DNA from: Alphaproteobacteria bacterium
GTDB taxonomy: Bacteria > Pseudomonadota > Alphaproteobacteria > SHVP01
Assembly: GCA_038121105.1 (NCBI GenBank)
Contig: JAYONB010000001.1
Location: 354,429-418,428 of the forward strand
Direction: 5' to 3'
Length of the DNA stretch: 64,000 bases
Numbering within the stretch: position 1 is the first letter of the stretch; every line of letters begins with the position of its first letter. This document shows positions 37,203-47,627 of the stretch, in pieces. The position numbers and the translations under genes are program-made. The notes beneath the pieces were generated by a model. The model was not told where the DNA came from. It made no database searches and worked only from the letters and a program-made list of their open reading frames with translations.

Positions 37203-38921
37203 ATGGCATCGTTCGATCTCATCATTCGTGGCGGTACGGTTGTCGACGGTGGCGGGGGCGACCCCTTTGAAGCCGATGTCGGCGTGCGCGACGGCACGAT
37301 TGCGGAGATCGGCCGGATCGACGATCGCGGCGCCGAGGAGATCGACGCCAAGGGCCATCTCGTCACCCCAGGGTTTATCGACATCCGCACCCATTTCGAT
37401 GCGCAAGTGTTGTGGGACACGCATATGACTCCGTGTTCCGAGCATGGCGTCACCACGACCTTGATGGGCAATTGCGGGGTCGGCTTTGCCCCCTGCAGGC
37501 CCGAGCACCGCGACATGATGGTCGATGTGATGGACGGCGTCGAAGACATTCCAGCCGACGTTCTCAAAGAGGGATTGCCGTGGACCTGGAAGAGCTTTCC
37601 CGAATTCATGGATACCTTGGCAACCCGCCGGGTCGACTCCGACTTCGGTACCTTTGTGCCGCATGTGCCGATCCGAGTTTTTGTCATGGGCGAGCGAGGT
37701 GTTCGCCGCGAGCCCGCCTCGCCTGCAGATATCAAACAAATGGCGGCGATACTTGAAGACGGACTTGATGCCGGCGGGTTCGGCTTCACGACCTCTCGCA
37801 CCACCGGTCACCGTTCGCGAAGCGGTGACGTGATCCCTTGCACGACGGCGGACGAAGACGAACTGCTCGCGATGGCGCGCGTCATGGAATGCAAGGGCCG
37901 CGGCCATTTCATGTCGGCGTCCGAGTGCAAGTGGACCGACGGGGTGTCGTCGGAATTCAACATGTTGCGACGGATTGCGGAGGCGACGGGACGACCGGTG
38001 CACTTCCCGTTGTTGCAGGCACCCGATGCACCGGACCGTTGGCGTGATGTTGCCGATGGCGCTGCGGAAGCGGCAAAGAACGGCGCGACGATGATCGGTC
38101 AGGTGGTGCCCCGCCCGGTCGGCGTACTGTTCGGCCTGGAAATGACCAACAATCCGTTCACCACCTGCCCGTCATATCAGGCCATCGCGCACCTGCCGCT
38201 GGCAAAGCGGGTCACGGCGCTACGCGATGCCGACTTACGGGCGCGGTTGCTCGAAGAAGCGCCGGGCGATCCGGACGATCGCGTAGTGATGATGTCGCGG
38301 AGTGCCCACCTGCTCTATCGCATGGGCGATCCGCCCAACTATTCGCCGCCCATGGAACAACGGCTGGATCACATCGCCGAACGCGAAGGCACAGACCCGC
38401 TGACCGTGGCCTATGACGTGATGCTGGAGAATGACGGCCATGGCGTGCTGTATTTGCCGGCGCGTAATTTTGCCTACAGCAACCTCGATACGTGCTTGGA
38501 AATGTTGAAGCGGCGCGAGGTCGAGATCGGACTGGGGGATGCCGGGGCGCATGTCGGGCGCATTTTCGATAGCAGCATACCGACCTTTCTGCTGACCTAT
38601 TGGGTGCGCGACCGCGAGGACGAACGCTTGCCGCTGCCGTGGGTGGTCAAAGCGCTGACGGGAGATCATGCCCGTGTGATGGGAATGGCCGACCGCGGCT
38701 TGCTCCGACCCGGCCTGAAGGCCGACATCAACCTGATCGACCATGACCGACTGCGGCTCCATGCCGCACGGGCGACCCACGACCTGCCTACAGGCGCGAT
38801 GCGGCTGTCACAAAAAGCTGAGGGATATGTCGCCACCATTGTGACAGGCGAGGTGACGCGACGGGACGGGGAATGGACCGGCGCGCTGCCGGGCCGGTTG
38901 GTGCGGGCCACGGCGGCCTAA
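37203..38921 (+). CDS. N-acyl-D-amino-acid deacylase (D-aminoacylase) family amidohydrolase
   Basis: 572 aa. Starts MASFDLIIRGGTVVDGGGGDPFEADVGVRDGTIAEIG and HLVTPGFIDIRTHFD, typical of the D-aminoacylase family. Confidence 0.85.
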   Translation: MASFDLIIRGGTVVDGGGGDPFEADVGVRDGTIAEIGRIDDRGAEEIDAKGHLVTPGFIDIRTHFDAQVLWDTHMTPCSEHGVTTTLMGNCGVGFAPCRPEHRDMMVDVMDGVEDIPADVLKEGLPWTWKSFPEFMDTLATRRVDSDFGTFVPHVPIRVFVMGERGVRREPASPADIKQMAAILEDGLDAGGFGFTTSRTTGHRSRSGDVIPCTTADEDELLAMARVMECKGRGHFMSASECKWTDGVSSEFNMLRRIAEATGRPVHFPLLQAPDAPDRWRDVADGAAEAAKNGATMIGQVVPRPVGVLFGLEMTNNPFTTCPSYQAIAHLPLAKRVTALRDADLRARLLEEAPGDPDDRVVMMSRSAHLLYRMGDPPNYSPPMEQRLDHIAEREGTDPLTVAYDVMLENDGHGVLYLPARNFAYSNLDTCLEMLKRREVEIGLGDAGAHVGRIFDSSIPTFLLTYWVRDREDERLPLPWVVKALTGDHARVMGMADRGLLRPGLKADINLIDHDRLRLHAARATHDLPTGAMRLSQKAEGYVATIVTGEVTRRDGEWTGALPGRLVRATAA

Positions 38922-38987
38922 TTCGGACGGCCTTGTCTCGCCGGCGTCCCGCGTTACTGTTGGACAAAACAACAGCATGAGGGCGTC

Positions 38988-40385
38988 ATGATTCTTCCCG
39001 CCGCGGACAAAACCTTCGAGCTTTCCGTGCCCGTTCTGGTGATCGGCGCCGGAGCCTGCGGCATCAGCGCCGCCCTCACCGCCAAGGAAAACGGCGTCGA
39101 GGTGATGCTGTTGGAACGCGACGACACCCCGAGCGGGTCCTCCGCGCTGTCGACCTGCCTGATCCCGGCGGCCGGCACGAAACTTCAGGCGGCCGCCGGC
39201 GTCGAGGACTCGGTGGAGATCTTCGCCGAAGACCTGATCGCCAAGGCCAAAAACAAGAACGACCCCGAGATGGCCTATTGGGTTGCCGCCGCCAGCGGGC
39301 CGACCGTCGATTGGCTGGTCGATACCGTGGGCTTGCCGCTCTCGCTGGTGGCCGGGTTCAAGTATCCGGGGCACAGCGTCTACCGGATGCACGGATCGCC
39401 CAACCGCACCGGAACCGAGTTGATGGCGGTGCTGAACGATGCGATCGGCCGCGAAGCGATCGACATCGCAACCTCGGCACCGGTCACCGATTTGTTTGCC
39501 GACGAAGCCACCGGGCGCGTGACCGGGGTACGCATTACGCGACCCGACGGCGCGACCGAGGACATCGGCTGCGATGCGTTGATCCTGGCCTGCAACGGCT
39601 ATGGCGGAAACCCCGATATGGTGCGCGAGTACGTCGAAGAAATGGCCGACGCTTGGTACTTCGGCCACACCGGCAACAAGGGTGACGCAATCCATTGGGG
39701 CACGGCGTTGGGCGGCGCGGTCGCCGACATGGGCGGCTATCAGGGCCACGGCGCCGTGACGCAGCCGCACGGCACACTCTTGTTCTGGGGTCTACTGACC
39801 GAAGGCGGGTTCCAGGTGAACATCAACGGCGAACGGTTTTCCAACGAGGTGCGCGGCTATTCGGAACAAGCGGTCGAGGTGATCGGTCAACCGGACAACA
39901 TCGCGTGGGAAATTTGGGACGAAGCCGGGCATGAGTTGGGCCTCGATTTTCAGGACTACCGCAATGGCATCGAAATGGGCGCGCACAAATCGGCCGACAC
40001 CGTTGAGGGTATCGCCGAGCAGACCGGCATCCCACTCGCGGCGCTGCAAAAAACATTCGACGACGTCGCGGCGTTTCACGCCGGTAGCAAAGAAGACCCG
40101 TGGGGCCGGGATTGGTCGAAGGCCAAGCCGCTGCAGCCGCCCTATCACTTCGCCAAGATCACCGGCGCGCTGTTTCACACGCAAGGCGGGCTTGTGGTGA
40201 ACGATAAGACGCAAGTGCTGCGCGCGGACGGGACGCCATTACCGAACTTGTTTGCGGGTGGCGGCGCGGCACGCGGGCTGTCCGGCCCGTCGCGCTGGGG
40301 CTATTTGTCCGGCAACGGCCTGCTGACCGCCACGGTGCTGGGCCGGATCGCCGGGCGCGAAGCCGCCAAGATGGTACGGGGCTAA
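38988..40385 (+). CDS. FAD-dependent oxidoreductase, fumarate-reductase/succinate-dehydrogenase flavoprotein-like (tandem paralog 1)
   Basis: 465 aa. FAD-binding fingerprint VLVIGAGACGISAA. C-terminal NLFAGGGAARG motif. Confidence 0.8.
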   Translation: MILPAADKTFELSVPVLVIGAGACGISAALTAKENGVEVMLLERDDTPSGSSALSTCLIPAAGTKLQAAAGVEDSVEIFAEDLIAKAKNKNDPEMAYWVAAASGPTVDWLVDTVGLPLSLVAGFKYPGHSVYRMHGSPNRTGTELMAVLNDAIGREAIDIATSAPVTDLFADEATGRVTGVRITRPDGATEDIGCDALILACNGYGGNPDMVREYVEEMADAWYFGHTGNKGDAIHWGTALGGAVADMGGYQGHGAVTQPHGTLLFWGLLTEGGFQVNINGERFSNEVRGYSEQAVEVIGQPDNIAWEIWDEAGHELGLDFQDYRNGIEMGAHKSADTVEGIAEQTGIPLAALQKTFDDVAAFHAGSKEDPWGRDWSKAKPLQPPYHFAKITGALFHTQGGLVVNDKTQVLRADGTPLPNLFAGGGAARGLSGPSRWGYLSGNGLLTATVLGRIAGREAAKMVRG

Positions 40386-40432
40386 CCCGCCCCCGCCGCT
40401 GTGCTAGCCTGATTGCCGAACAAGGAGCCACC

Positions 40433-41860
40433 ATGCCCGTTAAGCCTGCCGCCGGAAAATCCTTCGAATACACGGTGCCTGTCGTTGTCGTCGGCGCCGG
40501 CGCGGCCGGGATGACCGCCGCATTGGCCGCGCGCGACGGCGGGGCCGACGTGCTGTTGTTGGAACGCGATCATACGCCGCGCGGTTCGACCGCGATGTCG
40601 CAGGGCAACATCGCGGCGGCCGGAACCAAGAGCCAAGCCGCCGCGGGGATCGACGACTCGGGCAAACGGTTCGGCGACGATATCGTCGCGTTGGCGCGCG
40701 GCGAAACCGATCACGATCTGGCCTATGTGTTCGCCGAGGCGTCCGGACCGACGGTCGATTGGCTGACGGAGAAGCACAACATCCCGCTTGAAGTCGATCC
40801 CGATTGGGGCGCCAAGCTAGGTCATTCACGGTCGCGCATTCACGCGACGCCGAGCAAGACCGGCACCGAACTCATGAGTTGCTTGATGAATGCCTGCGAG
40901 GCGGCGGGCGTCGATCTCATTACCGATGCGCATGTCGTCGACGTTTATGCCGATCAGGACGGCACGGTGCGCGGGGTCCGATTCGAACGGCCCGACGGCT
41001 CGGACGAAGAGGTCGGGTGCGGCGCGCTGGTGCTGACGACCTGCGGCTTCGGCGCCAATCGAGAGATGATCAAGAAATTCATTCCCGAGATGGGCGACGC
41101 GCTCTATCACGGCCATGAAGGGAATGAGGGCGAAGGCATCCAGTGGGGCATGGAGTTGGGCGCCGCGACCGCCGACATGACGGCGTTCCAAGGCCTAGGC
41201 GCCTTGGCCGAGCCGTCTCGCGTGCTGATCCACTACAACGCCATCTTGAGCGGCGGCATCGTGGTCAATGTGAACGGCGAACGGTTCACCGACGAGACCA
41301 ACGACATCTCCGGCATGGGCCGCAAAGTGACGGCGCAGCCCGAGCACTACGTCTGGTTCATCTTCGACCAAAAACGCCAGGACTTCGTGCTGAAGTACGA
41401 AGAACACAAAGAGGCGATGGAGGTTGGCGCGGTCAAAAAAGCCGATAGCGTGGAAGAGCTTTCAAAGATCACCAAAGTGCCGGCCGATGCATTGCGGAAA
41501 ACCCTGGAGGGGGTCATCGCGATGCAGAACGGCGACGGCAAAGACCCGCACGGGCGCGACTTCGCGAGCGAGGAGCCGTTGGATGGGCCGCCGTGGTATG
41601 TGGTGAAATCCGTTGGTGCGCTTTTCCACACCCAAGGCGGGTTGGTGATCGATGGTCACGCGCAAGTACAGCGCGAGAGCGGCGGCGCCCTGCCCAACCT
41701 GTTTGCCGCCGGGGGCACGGCGCGATCGACCTCGGGCCCGTCGGACTGGGGCTACATTCCGGCCGCCGGGCTGTTCACCGCGACGACGCAAGGCCGGCTT
41801 GCCGGGGAAGCTGCGGCGCGGCTGGTGACCGGCGCAAAAGACAGCGTCGCCGCCGAGTAG
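40433..41860 (+). CDS. FAD-dependent oxidoreductase, flavoprotein-like (tandem paralog 2)
   Basis: 475 aa. Colinear with 38988..40385 (VVVVGAGAAGMTAA ... NLFAAGGTARS). Confidence 0.8.
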   Translation: MPVKPAAGKSFEYTVPVVVVGAGAAGMTAALAARDGGADVLLLERDHTPRGSTAMSQGNIAAAGTKSQAAAGIDDSGKRFGDDIVALARGETDHDLAYVFAEASGPTVDWLTEKHNIPLEVDPDWGAKLGHSRSRIHATPSKTGTELMSCLMNACEAAGVDLITDAHVVDVYADQDGTVRGVRFERPDGSDEEVGCGALVLTTCGFGANREMIKKFIPEMGDALYHGHEGNEGEGIQWGMELGAATADMTAFQGLGALAEPSRVLIHYNAILSGGIVVNVNGERFTDETNDISGMGRKVTAQPEHYVWFIFDQKRQDFVLKYEEHKEAMEVGAVKKADSVEELSKITKVPADALRKTLEGVIAMQNGDGKDPHGRDFASEEPLDGPPWYVVKSVGALFHTQGGLVIDGHAQVQRESGGALPNLFAAGGTARSTSGPSDWGYIPAAGLFTATTQGRLAGEAAARLVTGAKDSVAAE

Positions 41861-41864
41861 CCCT

Positions 41865-42269
41865 CTACCCCTTGGGCTTTTTCTGCTCCACCTTTTCGGT
41901 GAGGCCGTCGGCCTCGACCCAGGCGCCGAAGCCGCCGCCGATATGGGCGATGGGCTCGAGGCCCATGTCTTGGAGCTGCTTTGTCGCGAGTGCCGAACGC
42001 CAGCCCGACTTGCAGTACAGGACGAACTTCTTGCCGCTGGCGAACACATCACGGTGATAGGGGCTGTCGGGATCGACCCAGAATTCCAGCATTCCCCGGG
42101 GGGCATGGACCGCGCCGGGGATCTTGCCCTCGTGCCACAATTCCCTGATGTCGCGGATATCGACGAGGGTCACGGTGTCGTCACCCACCAGGGATAACGC
42201 GTCTTTGACGGCAATCGTCTCAATGGCGGCATTGGCCTCGTCGACCAATTGCTTGTAGCCTTTCTTCAT
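41865..42269 (-). CDS. single-domain rhodanese-like sulfurtransferase
   Basis: Track ORF 41865..42665 trimmed to the ATG at 42269, which follows GGAGAA. Active-site region VLYCKSGWRS. Confidence 0.7.
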   Translation of the reverse strand: MKKGYKQLVDEANAAIETIAVKDALSLVGDDTVTLVDIRDIRELWHEGKIPGAVHAPRGMLEFWVDPDSPYHRDVFASGKKFVLYCKSGWRSALATKQLQDMGLEPIAHIGGGFGAWVEADGLTEKVEQKKPKG

Positions 42270-42353
42270 ACTAAGTGTTCTCCATTCTGGGCGAGCCCCA
42301 GAGTACCCGATCCGGCCCCCCGGGCCACATGACACGCCAAGGAAGTTGCCGCT

Positions 42354-42671
42354 GTGAGCGCCAGAAGAGCCCGTTTTAATGTTGGTCAAATCGTTTCCCA
42401 CCGCCGCGCGGGGTACCGCGGCGTGGTCTACGACGTCGACCCGTCGTTCAGCCTGGACGATGCCTGGTACGACGAAATCGCGCGCTCGCGCCCGCCCAAA
42501 GACAAACCGTGGTACAGCGTGCTGGTCGACGGCGGCGAGCACACCACCTATGTCGCCGAACGCCACCTCGAGCGCAGCGACGACGACACGGCGATCCACA
42601 ACCCCTTGGTTGAGGACCTGTTTGCCGAACTCCGCGACGGCTCTTACGTGCCGCGCGACCGCCACAACTGA
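42354..42671 (+). CDS. hspQ: heat-shock protein HspQ (YccV-like hemimethylated-DNA-binding domain)
   Basis: GTG at 42354, 9 nt after AAGGAAG. The product has [27 protein letters not shown]...[23 protein letters not shown], a HspQ-like pattern. Confidence 0.75.
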   Translation: MSARRARFNVGQIVSHRRAGYRGVVYDVDPSFSLDDAWYDEIARSRPPKDKPWYSVLVDGGEHTTYVAERHLERSDDDTAIHNPLVEDLFAELRDGSYVPRDRHN

Positions 42672-42698
42672 TCATTCGTTTTCATCGGGAGGAAGAAC

Positions 42699-43466
42699 AT
42701 GCGTCTTAAGGGCAAGACCGCGCTCGTCACGGGTGCGGCATCGGGGATCGGCAAAGCCACCGCAGAACGCTTCGCGGAAGAAGGCTGCACCGTCGTGTGC
42801 GCCGACAAGAACGGCGACGGCGCCGCAGCCACCGCCAAGGGAATCAACGACAGCGGTGGCAAGGCTTTTGCCGAAACGCTGGATGTCACCAAGCCGAATC
42901 AAGTCAAAGACGTCATCGCGAAGTCCATCGATCATACCGGCGGCCTCGACATCCTCGTGAATAATGCGGGGATCACCATCGTCGGCAGCGTCGAACAACT
43001 TACCGAGGAGCAATGGGACACCGAGATGGACATCAATCTGAAGTCCATCTACCTGATGTCGAACGCCATTTGGGGCCACATGAAGGGCCGCAAAGGCGGC
43101 GTCATCCTCAACACCGCCTCGATCGCGGCCCGGACGGGTATCGCGCAGGACGCGGCCTATTGCGCCTCGAAGGCGGGTGTCTTGATGCTGACCAAATGCA
43201 TGGCCAAGGACGGCGCGGGCGACCGCATCCGGGTCAATTGCGTGTGTCCGGGTTTTATCGACACGCCGATGATCCAAGGCTATTTCGACGATCAAGACGA
43301 TCCGGCCGCAGCACGAGAATTTGCGACGGGCTTGCACCCCTTGGGTCGCCTGGGCTTGCCGCGCGACATCGCCAACGGCTTCCTCTTTCTGGCTAGCGAC
43401 GACGCCGAGTGGGTAACCGGCGAGGCATTGACCGTTGACGGTGGCCTCATGGCGGCGCTGCCTTAG
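42699..43466 (+). CDS. SDR-family short-chain dehydrogenase/reductase
   Basis: 255 aa. [10 protein letters not shown] Rossmann motif. NNAG. YCASKAG catalytic motif. Confidence 0.85.
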   Translation: MRLKGKTALVTGAASGIGKATAERFAEEGCTVVCADKNGDGAAATAKGINDSGGKAFAETLDVTKPNQVKDVIAKSIDHTGGLDILVNNAGITIVGSVEQLTEEQWDTEMDINLKSIYLMSNAIWGHMKGRKGGVILNTASIAARTGIAQDAAYCASKAGVLMLTKCMAKDGAGDRIRVNCVCPGFIDTPMIQGYFDDQDDPAAAREFATGLHPLGRLGLPRDIANGFLFLASDDAEWVTGEALTVDGGLMAALP

Positions 43467-43535
43467 GGCACCTTGCAGCGGGCGGGGTGCCCCCCTAAGT
43501 TCGAAGGCACCCCGCCGCAAAATCGCAAGGTCGCC

Positions 43536-44537
43536 ATGGACGTTCGCAAAGGCTTTCTCGATACCGTGGGCAACACGCCGCTGATCCGTCTCAGTCGCTT
43601 GTCGGACGCAACGGGTTGCGAAATTCTCGGCAAGGCCGAGTTTCTCAACCCCGGCGGCTCGGTGAAGGATCGCGCGGCGCTGGCGATTATCGAAGACGCC
43701 GAAGCCAACGGTACGCTGAAGCCCGGCGGTACCATCGTCGAAGGCACCGCCGGCAATACCGGGATCGGTCTGGCACTCGTGGGCAATGCCAAGGGCTATA
43801 AGACGATCATCGTCATCCCCGAGACGCAAAGCCAAGAGAAGATGGACATGCTCAAGTTGTGCGGTGTCGATCTTCGTCCGGTGCCGGCGAAGCCCTACAA
43901 GGACCCCGGCAACTACGTGAAGGTTTCAGGGCGCACGGCGGACGAATTGAACGAAAAAGACTCGGGCAGCGCGATTTGGGCCAACCAGTTCGACAACGTC
44001 GCCAACCGGCAAGGGCACTTTCGCACCACGGGCCCGGAAATCTGGCGGCAGACCGACGGCAAGGTCGACGGCTTTATTTGCGCGGTCGGAACCGGCGGCA
44101 CGCTGGCCGGCGTCGGCATGTATCTCAAAGAGCAGAACGGCGACGTGAAGATCGGCCTGGCCGACCCGATGGGCGCGGCGCTGTACAACTACTACGCCAA
44201 CGGGGAGCTCAAGTCCGAGGGCTCGTCGATCACCGAAGGCATCGGCCAGGGCCGCATCACCAAAAACCTCGAAGGCGCACCCGTCGACCTGCCCTACCAA
44301 ATCCCCGACGCAGAGGCATTGCAGATCGTCTACGACCTGATCGAACAAGAAGGACTGGTGTTGGGCGGCTCGAGCGGCATCAACGTCGCGGGTGCGGTAC
44401 GCATGGCCAAGGATCTCGGGCCCGGCCACACCATCGTGACGGTACTGTGCGACTTCGGTACGCGCTATCAGAGCAAAATGTTCAACCCCGCTTTCTTGAC
44501 CGAAAAGGGCCTGCCCGTGCCGCACTGGCTGGCATAG
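43536..44537 (+). CDS. cysteine synthase / cystathionine beta-synthase-family PLP enzyme (CysK-like)
   Basis: Track ORF from 43473 (TTG) trimmed to the ATG at 43536 (MDVRKGFLDTVGNTPLIRL). PLP-lysine motif NPGGSVKDRAA and GTAGNTG are present. Confidence 0.8.
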   Translation: MDVRKGFLDTVGNTPLIRLSRLSDATGCEILGKAEFLNPGGSVKDRAALAIIEDAEANGTLKPGGTIVEGTAGNTGIGLALVGNAKGYKTIIVIPETQSQEKMDMLKLCGVDLRPVPAKPYKDPGNYVKVSGRTADELNEKDSGSAIWANQFDNVANRQGHFRTTGPEIWRQTDGKVDGFICAVGTGGTLAGVGMYLKEQNGDVKIGLADPMGAALYNYYANGELKSEGSSITEGIGQGRITKNLEGAPVDLPYQIPDAEALQIVYDLIEQEGLVLGGSSGINVAGAVRMAKDLGPGHTIVTVLCDFGTRYQSKMFNPAFLTEKGLPVPHWLA

Positions 44538-44541
44538 CGCC

Positions 44542-45252
44542 ATGACCGAACAGCTTTTCGCACAAGATGCCTATCTCAAGGAATGCACCGCCACAGTGAC
44601 CGTGGTGCACGAGGCGGGTGTCGAACTGGACCAAACCGTTTTTTATGCGCAAGGCGGCGGACAGACCGGCGACCGCGGCACCTTGACGCTGGAAGATGGC
44701 ACTGCATTGGAAGTTACCAACACCGTGAAGGGCGACGGGCCGAACAGCATCGTGCATGTGCTGGCCGAGGGCACCGCGCCGCCCGCCTTCGGTGCCAAAA
44801 TCACAGCCGCAATCGATTGGGATCGCCGACACAAACTCATGCGCATGCATACCTGTATGCATTTGCTGTCGGCCATCCTGCCCTACCCCGTTACCGGCGG
44901 CTCCGTCGGCGACACCAAAGGCCGGCTTGATTTCGACATTCCCGAGGCGACGCTCGACAAGGAAGAGATCAACACCAAACTCGCCGCGTTGATCGCCGAG
45001 GACCACCCGGTGACCGATACCTGGATCACCGATGCCGAGCTGGATGCGCAGCCCGAATTGGTGAAGACCATGGCCGTCAAACCCCCACGCGGCGCCGGTA
45101 AGGTGCGCCTACTGCGGATTGGCGACAACGTCGATCTGCAACCGTGTGGCGGGACGCACGTGAAGAGCACCGGCGAGATCGGCGCCGTCGAGGTCGGCAA
45201 GATCGAGAAAAAGGGCCGCCAGAACCGGCGCGTGAATTTGCGCTTCGTTTAG
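44542..45252 (+). CDS. alanyl-tRNA editing protein AlaX-M-like (threonyl/alanyl-tRNA synthetase second additional domain)
   Basis: 236 aa. Zinc motifs HTCMHLL and CGGTHV. Confidence 0.75.
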   Translation: MTEQLFAQDAYLKECTATVTVVHEAGVELDQTVFYAQGGGQTGDRGTLTLEDGTALEVTNTVKGDGPNSIVHVLAEGTAPPAFGAKITAAIDWDRRHKLMRMHTCMHLLSAILPYPVTGGSVGDTKGRLDFDIPEATLDKEEINTKLAALIAEDHPVTDTWITDAELDAQPELVKTMAVKPPRGAGKVRLLRIGDNVDLQPCGGTHVKSTGEIGAVEVGKIEKKGRQNRRVNLRFV

Positions 45253-45297
45253 CGACGACTCAACGCGCCACTGGCGCGCCAACAGAGGAACCTGCCC

Positions 45298-46140
45298 ATG
45301 CCCTACGCCAACCCCGATGCGCTGGTCGAAACGGACTGGCTTGCCGACAACCTCGGCACCGTGAAGGTACTGGATGGATCATGGTACTTGCCGACGCAAA
45401 TGCGCGATCCGGTAGCGGAGTACCACGCCGGGCACATTCCGGGTGCGCAGTTCTTCCATATCGACGACATCGCCGACTCCAATTCGGATTTGCCGCACAT
45501 GCTGCCCAGTGCAGCCGATTTCGCGACAGCGGTGGGCGCAATGGGCATTTCCAACAAAGATCGCGTCGTCGTCTATGACGGCATGGGGTTGCAGAGCGCC
45601 GCCCGGGTGTGGTGGGAGTTTCGCGCTTTTGGCCACGACAATGTTGCGCTTTTGAACGGCGGCCTGCCGAAGTGGACCGCCGAAGGTCGACCGCTCGAAA
45701 CCGATGTGCCCGCGCCGGCGCCCGCGACGTTCAATGCCGCGCTCAACCCGGCCCTAGTGCGCAGCGTGGAACAGCTCTTGGCCAACACCGAAACCCGCGC
45801 CGAACAGGTTCTCGATGTGCGGCCCCGGGGCCGCTACGACGGCACCGATGCCGAACCGCGACCTGGTGTGCGTTCCGGCCACATTCCGGGCGCCAAGCAC
45901 CTCGTTTACACCGACATTCTGAACGACGACCGCACATTGAAGGATGCCGAGGCACTGCGCGCGGCACTCGATGGTTCGGGAATCGACCTGAACGGCCCTG
46001 TCGTGACCAGTTGCGGTTCGGGCATCACCGCCTCGGCCATGGCGCTGGGCTTGCATCTGATCGGCCATGATCAGTGGGCGGTTTACGACGGCTCGTGGAC
46101 CGAGTGGGGCGGCCGCACCGATACGCCGATCGAAACCTAA
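45298..46140 (+). CDS. sseA: 3-mercaptopyruvate sulfurtransferase (tandem rhodanese)
   Basis: 280 aa. Active-site CGSGITA in the second rhodanese domain. HIPGA motifs. Confidence 0.85.
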   Translation: MPYANPDALVETDWLADNLGTVKVLDGSWYLPTQMRDPVAEYHAGHIPGAQFFHIDDIADSNSDLPHMLPSAADFATAVGAMGISNKDRVVVYDGMGLQSAARVWWEFRAFGHDNVALLNGGLPKWTAEGRPLETDVPAPAPATFNAALNPALVRSVEQLLANTETRAEQVLDVRPRGRYDGTDAEPRPGVRSGHIPGAKHLVYTDILNDDRTLKDAEALRAALDGSGIDLNGPVVTSCGSGITASAMALGLHLIGHDQWAVYDGSWTEWGGRTDTPIET

Positions 46141-46149
46141 ACGCCCGCC

Positions 46150-46371
46150 ATGACCGGCGTCGACCTTTACGGGCTCGCCGCAGTCAGCGGGATGCTGCTG
46201 TTCTATGCCCTTGAGGGCCGCCATGCGGGGTTCGTTCTGGCCTTTGCCGGAGCCTGTACCGCAGCCTCGATCTACGGGTTCCTTATCGGCGCTTGGCCCT
46301 TCGGCATCGTCGAGGCCATCTGGGCCTTGGTGGCGCTGAACCGGTGGCGACGGCGGCGCGCAGGGGCCTGA
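46150..46371 (+). CDS. small hypothetical membrane protein (two predicted TM helices)
   Basis: 73 aa. Starts 10 nt after the sseA stop with no SD (possible coupling). Hydrophobic, with an Arg-rich C-terminus. Confidence 0.4.
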   Translation: MTGVDLYGLAAVSGMLLFYALEGRHAGFVLAFAGACTAASIYGFLIGAWPFGIVEAIWALVALNRWRRRRAGA

Positions 46372-46411
46372 ACTAGCGCGGTCCTGCGCCCGGTGCTATG
46401 AGTGCCGGATC

Positions 46412-47578
46412 ATGAAAGAAGATACAAAAATCGTCCGCGCGGGACGTCATCCGGCGCAACACGGCGGCGCCGTGAATACGCCGGTCTATCACGTCTCGAC
46501 CGTCCTGGTGGATACGCTCGAAGAGCTAGAGGGCCTGAGCAAACGCAAGCAGCCTCAGATGGCTTATGGCCGCCGGGGCACGCCGACCGTCTATGCATTC
46601 GAAGAAGCGGTTACCGAGCTCGAAGGCGGCGCGGGCTGCGTCAGCTTTCCGTCCGGCTTGGCGGCCATTTCGGGCGCGCTGCTGACCTATGCGGAAACCG
46701 GCGCGCACTTTCTTGTTTCCGATAGCGCCTATGGGCCGACACGGCGGCTATGCGACACGTTGCTCGCGCGTCTTGGCGTGACGACCGAGTATTACGATCC
46801 GCTGATCGGTGGCGATATCACAAAACTCATGCGCGACAACACCAAGGTGGTGTTCACCGAATCGCCGGGGTCGTTAACGTTCGAGGTGCAAGACATTCCC
46901 GCCATCGCGGCGGCGGCCCACGAAGGCGGTGCCAAGGTGCTGATGGACAACACCTGGGCCTCGCCGATTTACTTCAAGCCGTTCGAGCATGGCGTCGATC
47001 TGTCGATCCAGGCGGCAACCAAATACATCGTCGGACATTCCGATGCGATGTTGGGCACCGTGACGGCGAATGACGCCTGCCTGCAGGCCTTGCAGGATAC
47101 TTCGTACGGTTTGGGTTACGCCGCCGGGCCGGACGACCTTTACCTTGGGACGCGGGGCATTCGCACCATCGGTGTGCGCTTGCGCCAGCATATGGAGTCC
47201 GGTCTCAAAGTTGCGCGCTGGCTGCAAGAACGGCCCGAGGTGGTGCGCGTGATCCACCCTGCCCTGCCCGACGATCCCGGCCATGCGTTGTGGAAACGCG
47301 ACTTCACCGGCGCTTGCGGGCTGTTCGCCTTCGTGATCGACAGCACGCCGCGTCCCACGCTTGAGGCAATGGTCAATCATTTCGAGCATTTTGGGATGGG
47401 TGCGTCGTGGGGCGGCTACGAAAGCCTATGCATGCCGACCTCGCCCGAAAAGATGCGCACCGCGACGACTTGGGAACCGGGCGGCCAAACCATGCGTATC
47501 CACGTCGGCCTCGAAGATGTCGACGACCTGATCGCCGACCTTGCAGCAGCCTTCGATCGGCGCAACGCCGCGATGTAA
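46412..47578 (+). CDS. metC: cystathionine beta-lyase / Cys-Met-metabolism PLP enzyme
   Basis: 388 aa. PLP-lysine region SIQAATKYIVGHSD. Confidence 0.8.
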   Translation: MKEDTKIVRAGRHPAQHGGAVNTPVYHVSTVLVDTLEELEGLSKRKQPQMAYGRRGTPTVYAFEEAVTELEGGAGCVSFPSGLAAISGALLTYAETGAHFLVSDSAYGPTRRLCDTLLARLGVTTEYYDPLIGGDITKLMRDNTKVVFTESPGSLTFEVQDIPAIAAAAHEGGAKVLMDNTWASPIYFKPFEHGVDLSIQAATKYIVGHSDAMLGTVTANDACLQALQDTSYGLGYAAGPDDLYLGTRGIRTIGVRLRQHMESGLKVARWLQERPEVVRVIHPALPDDPGHALWKRDFTGACGLFAFVIDSTPRPTLEAMVNHFEHFGMGASWGGYESLCMPTSPEKMRTATTWEPGGQTMRIHVGLEDVDDLIADLAAAFDRRNAAM

Positions 47579-47627
47579 GTGCAGGTTGGCCCGACCGCGT
47601 TGTCGGGCGTAGACTCTCCGTTCCTTC

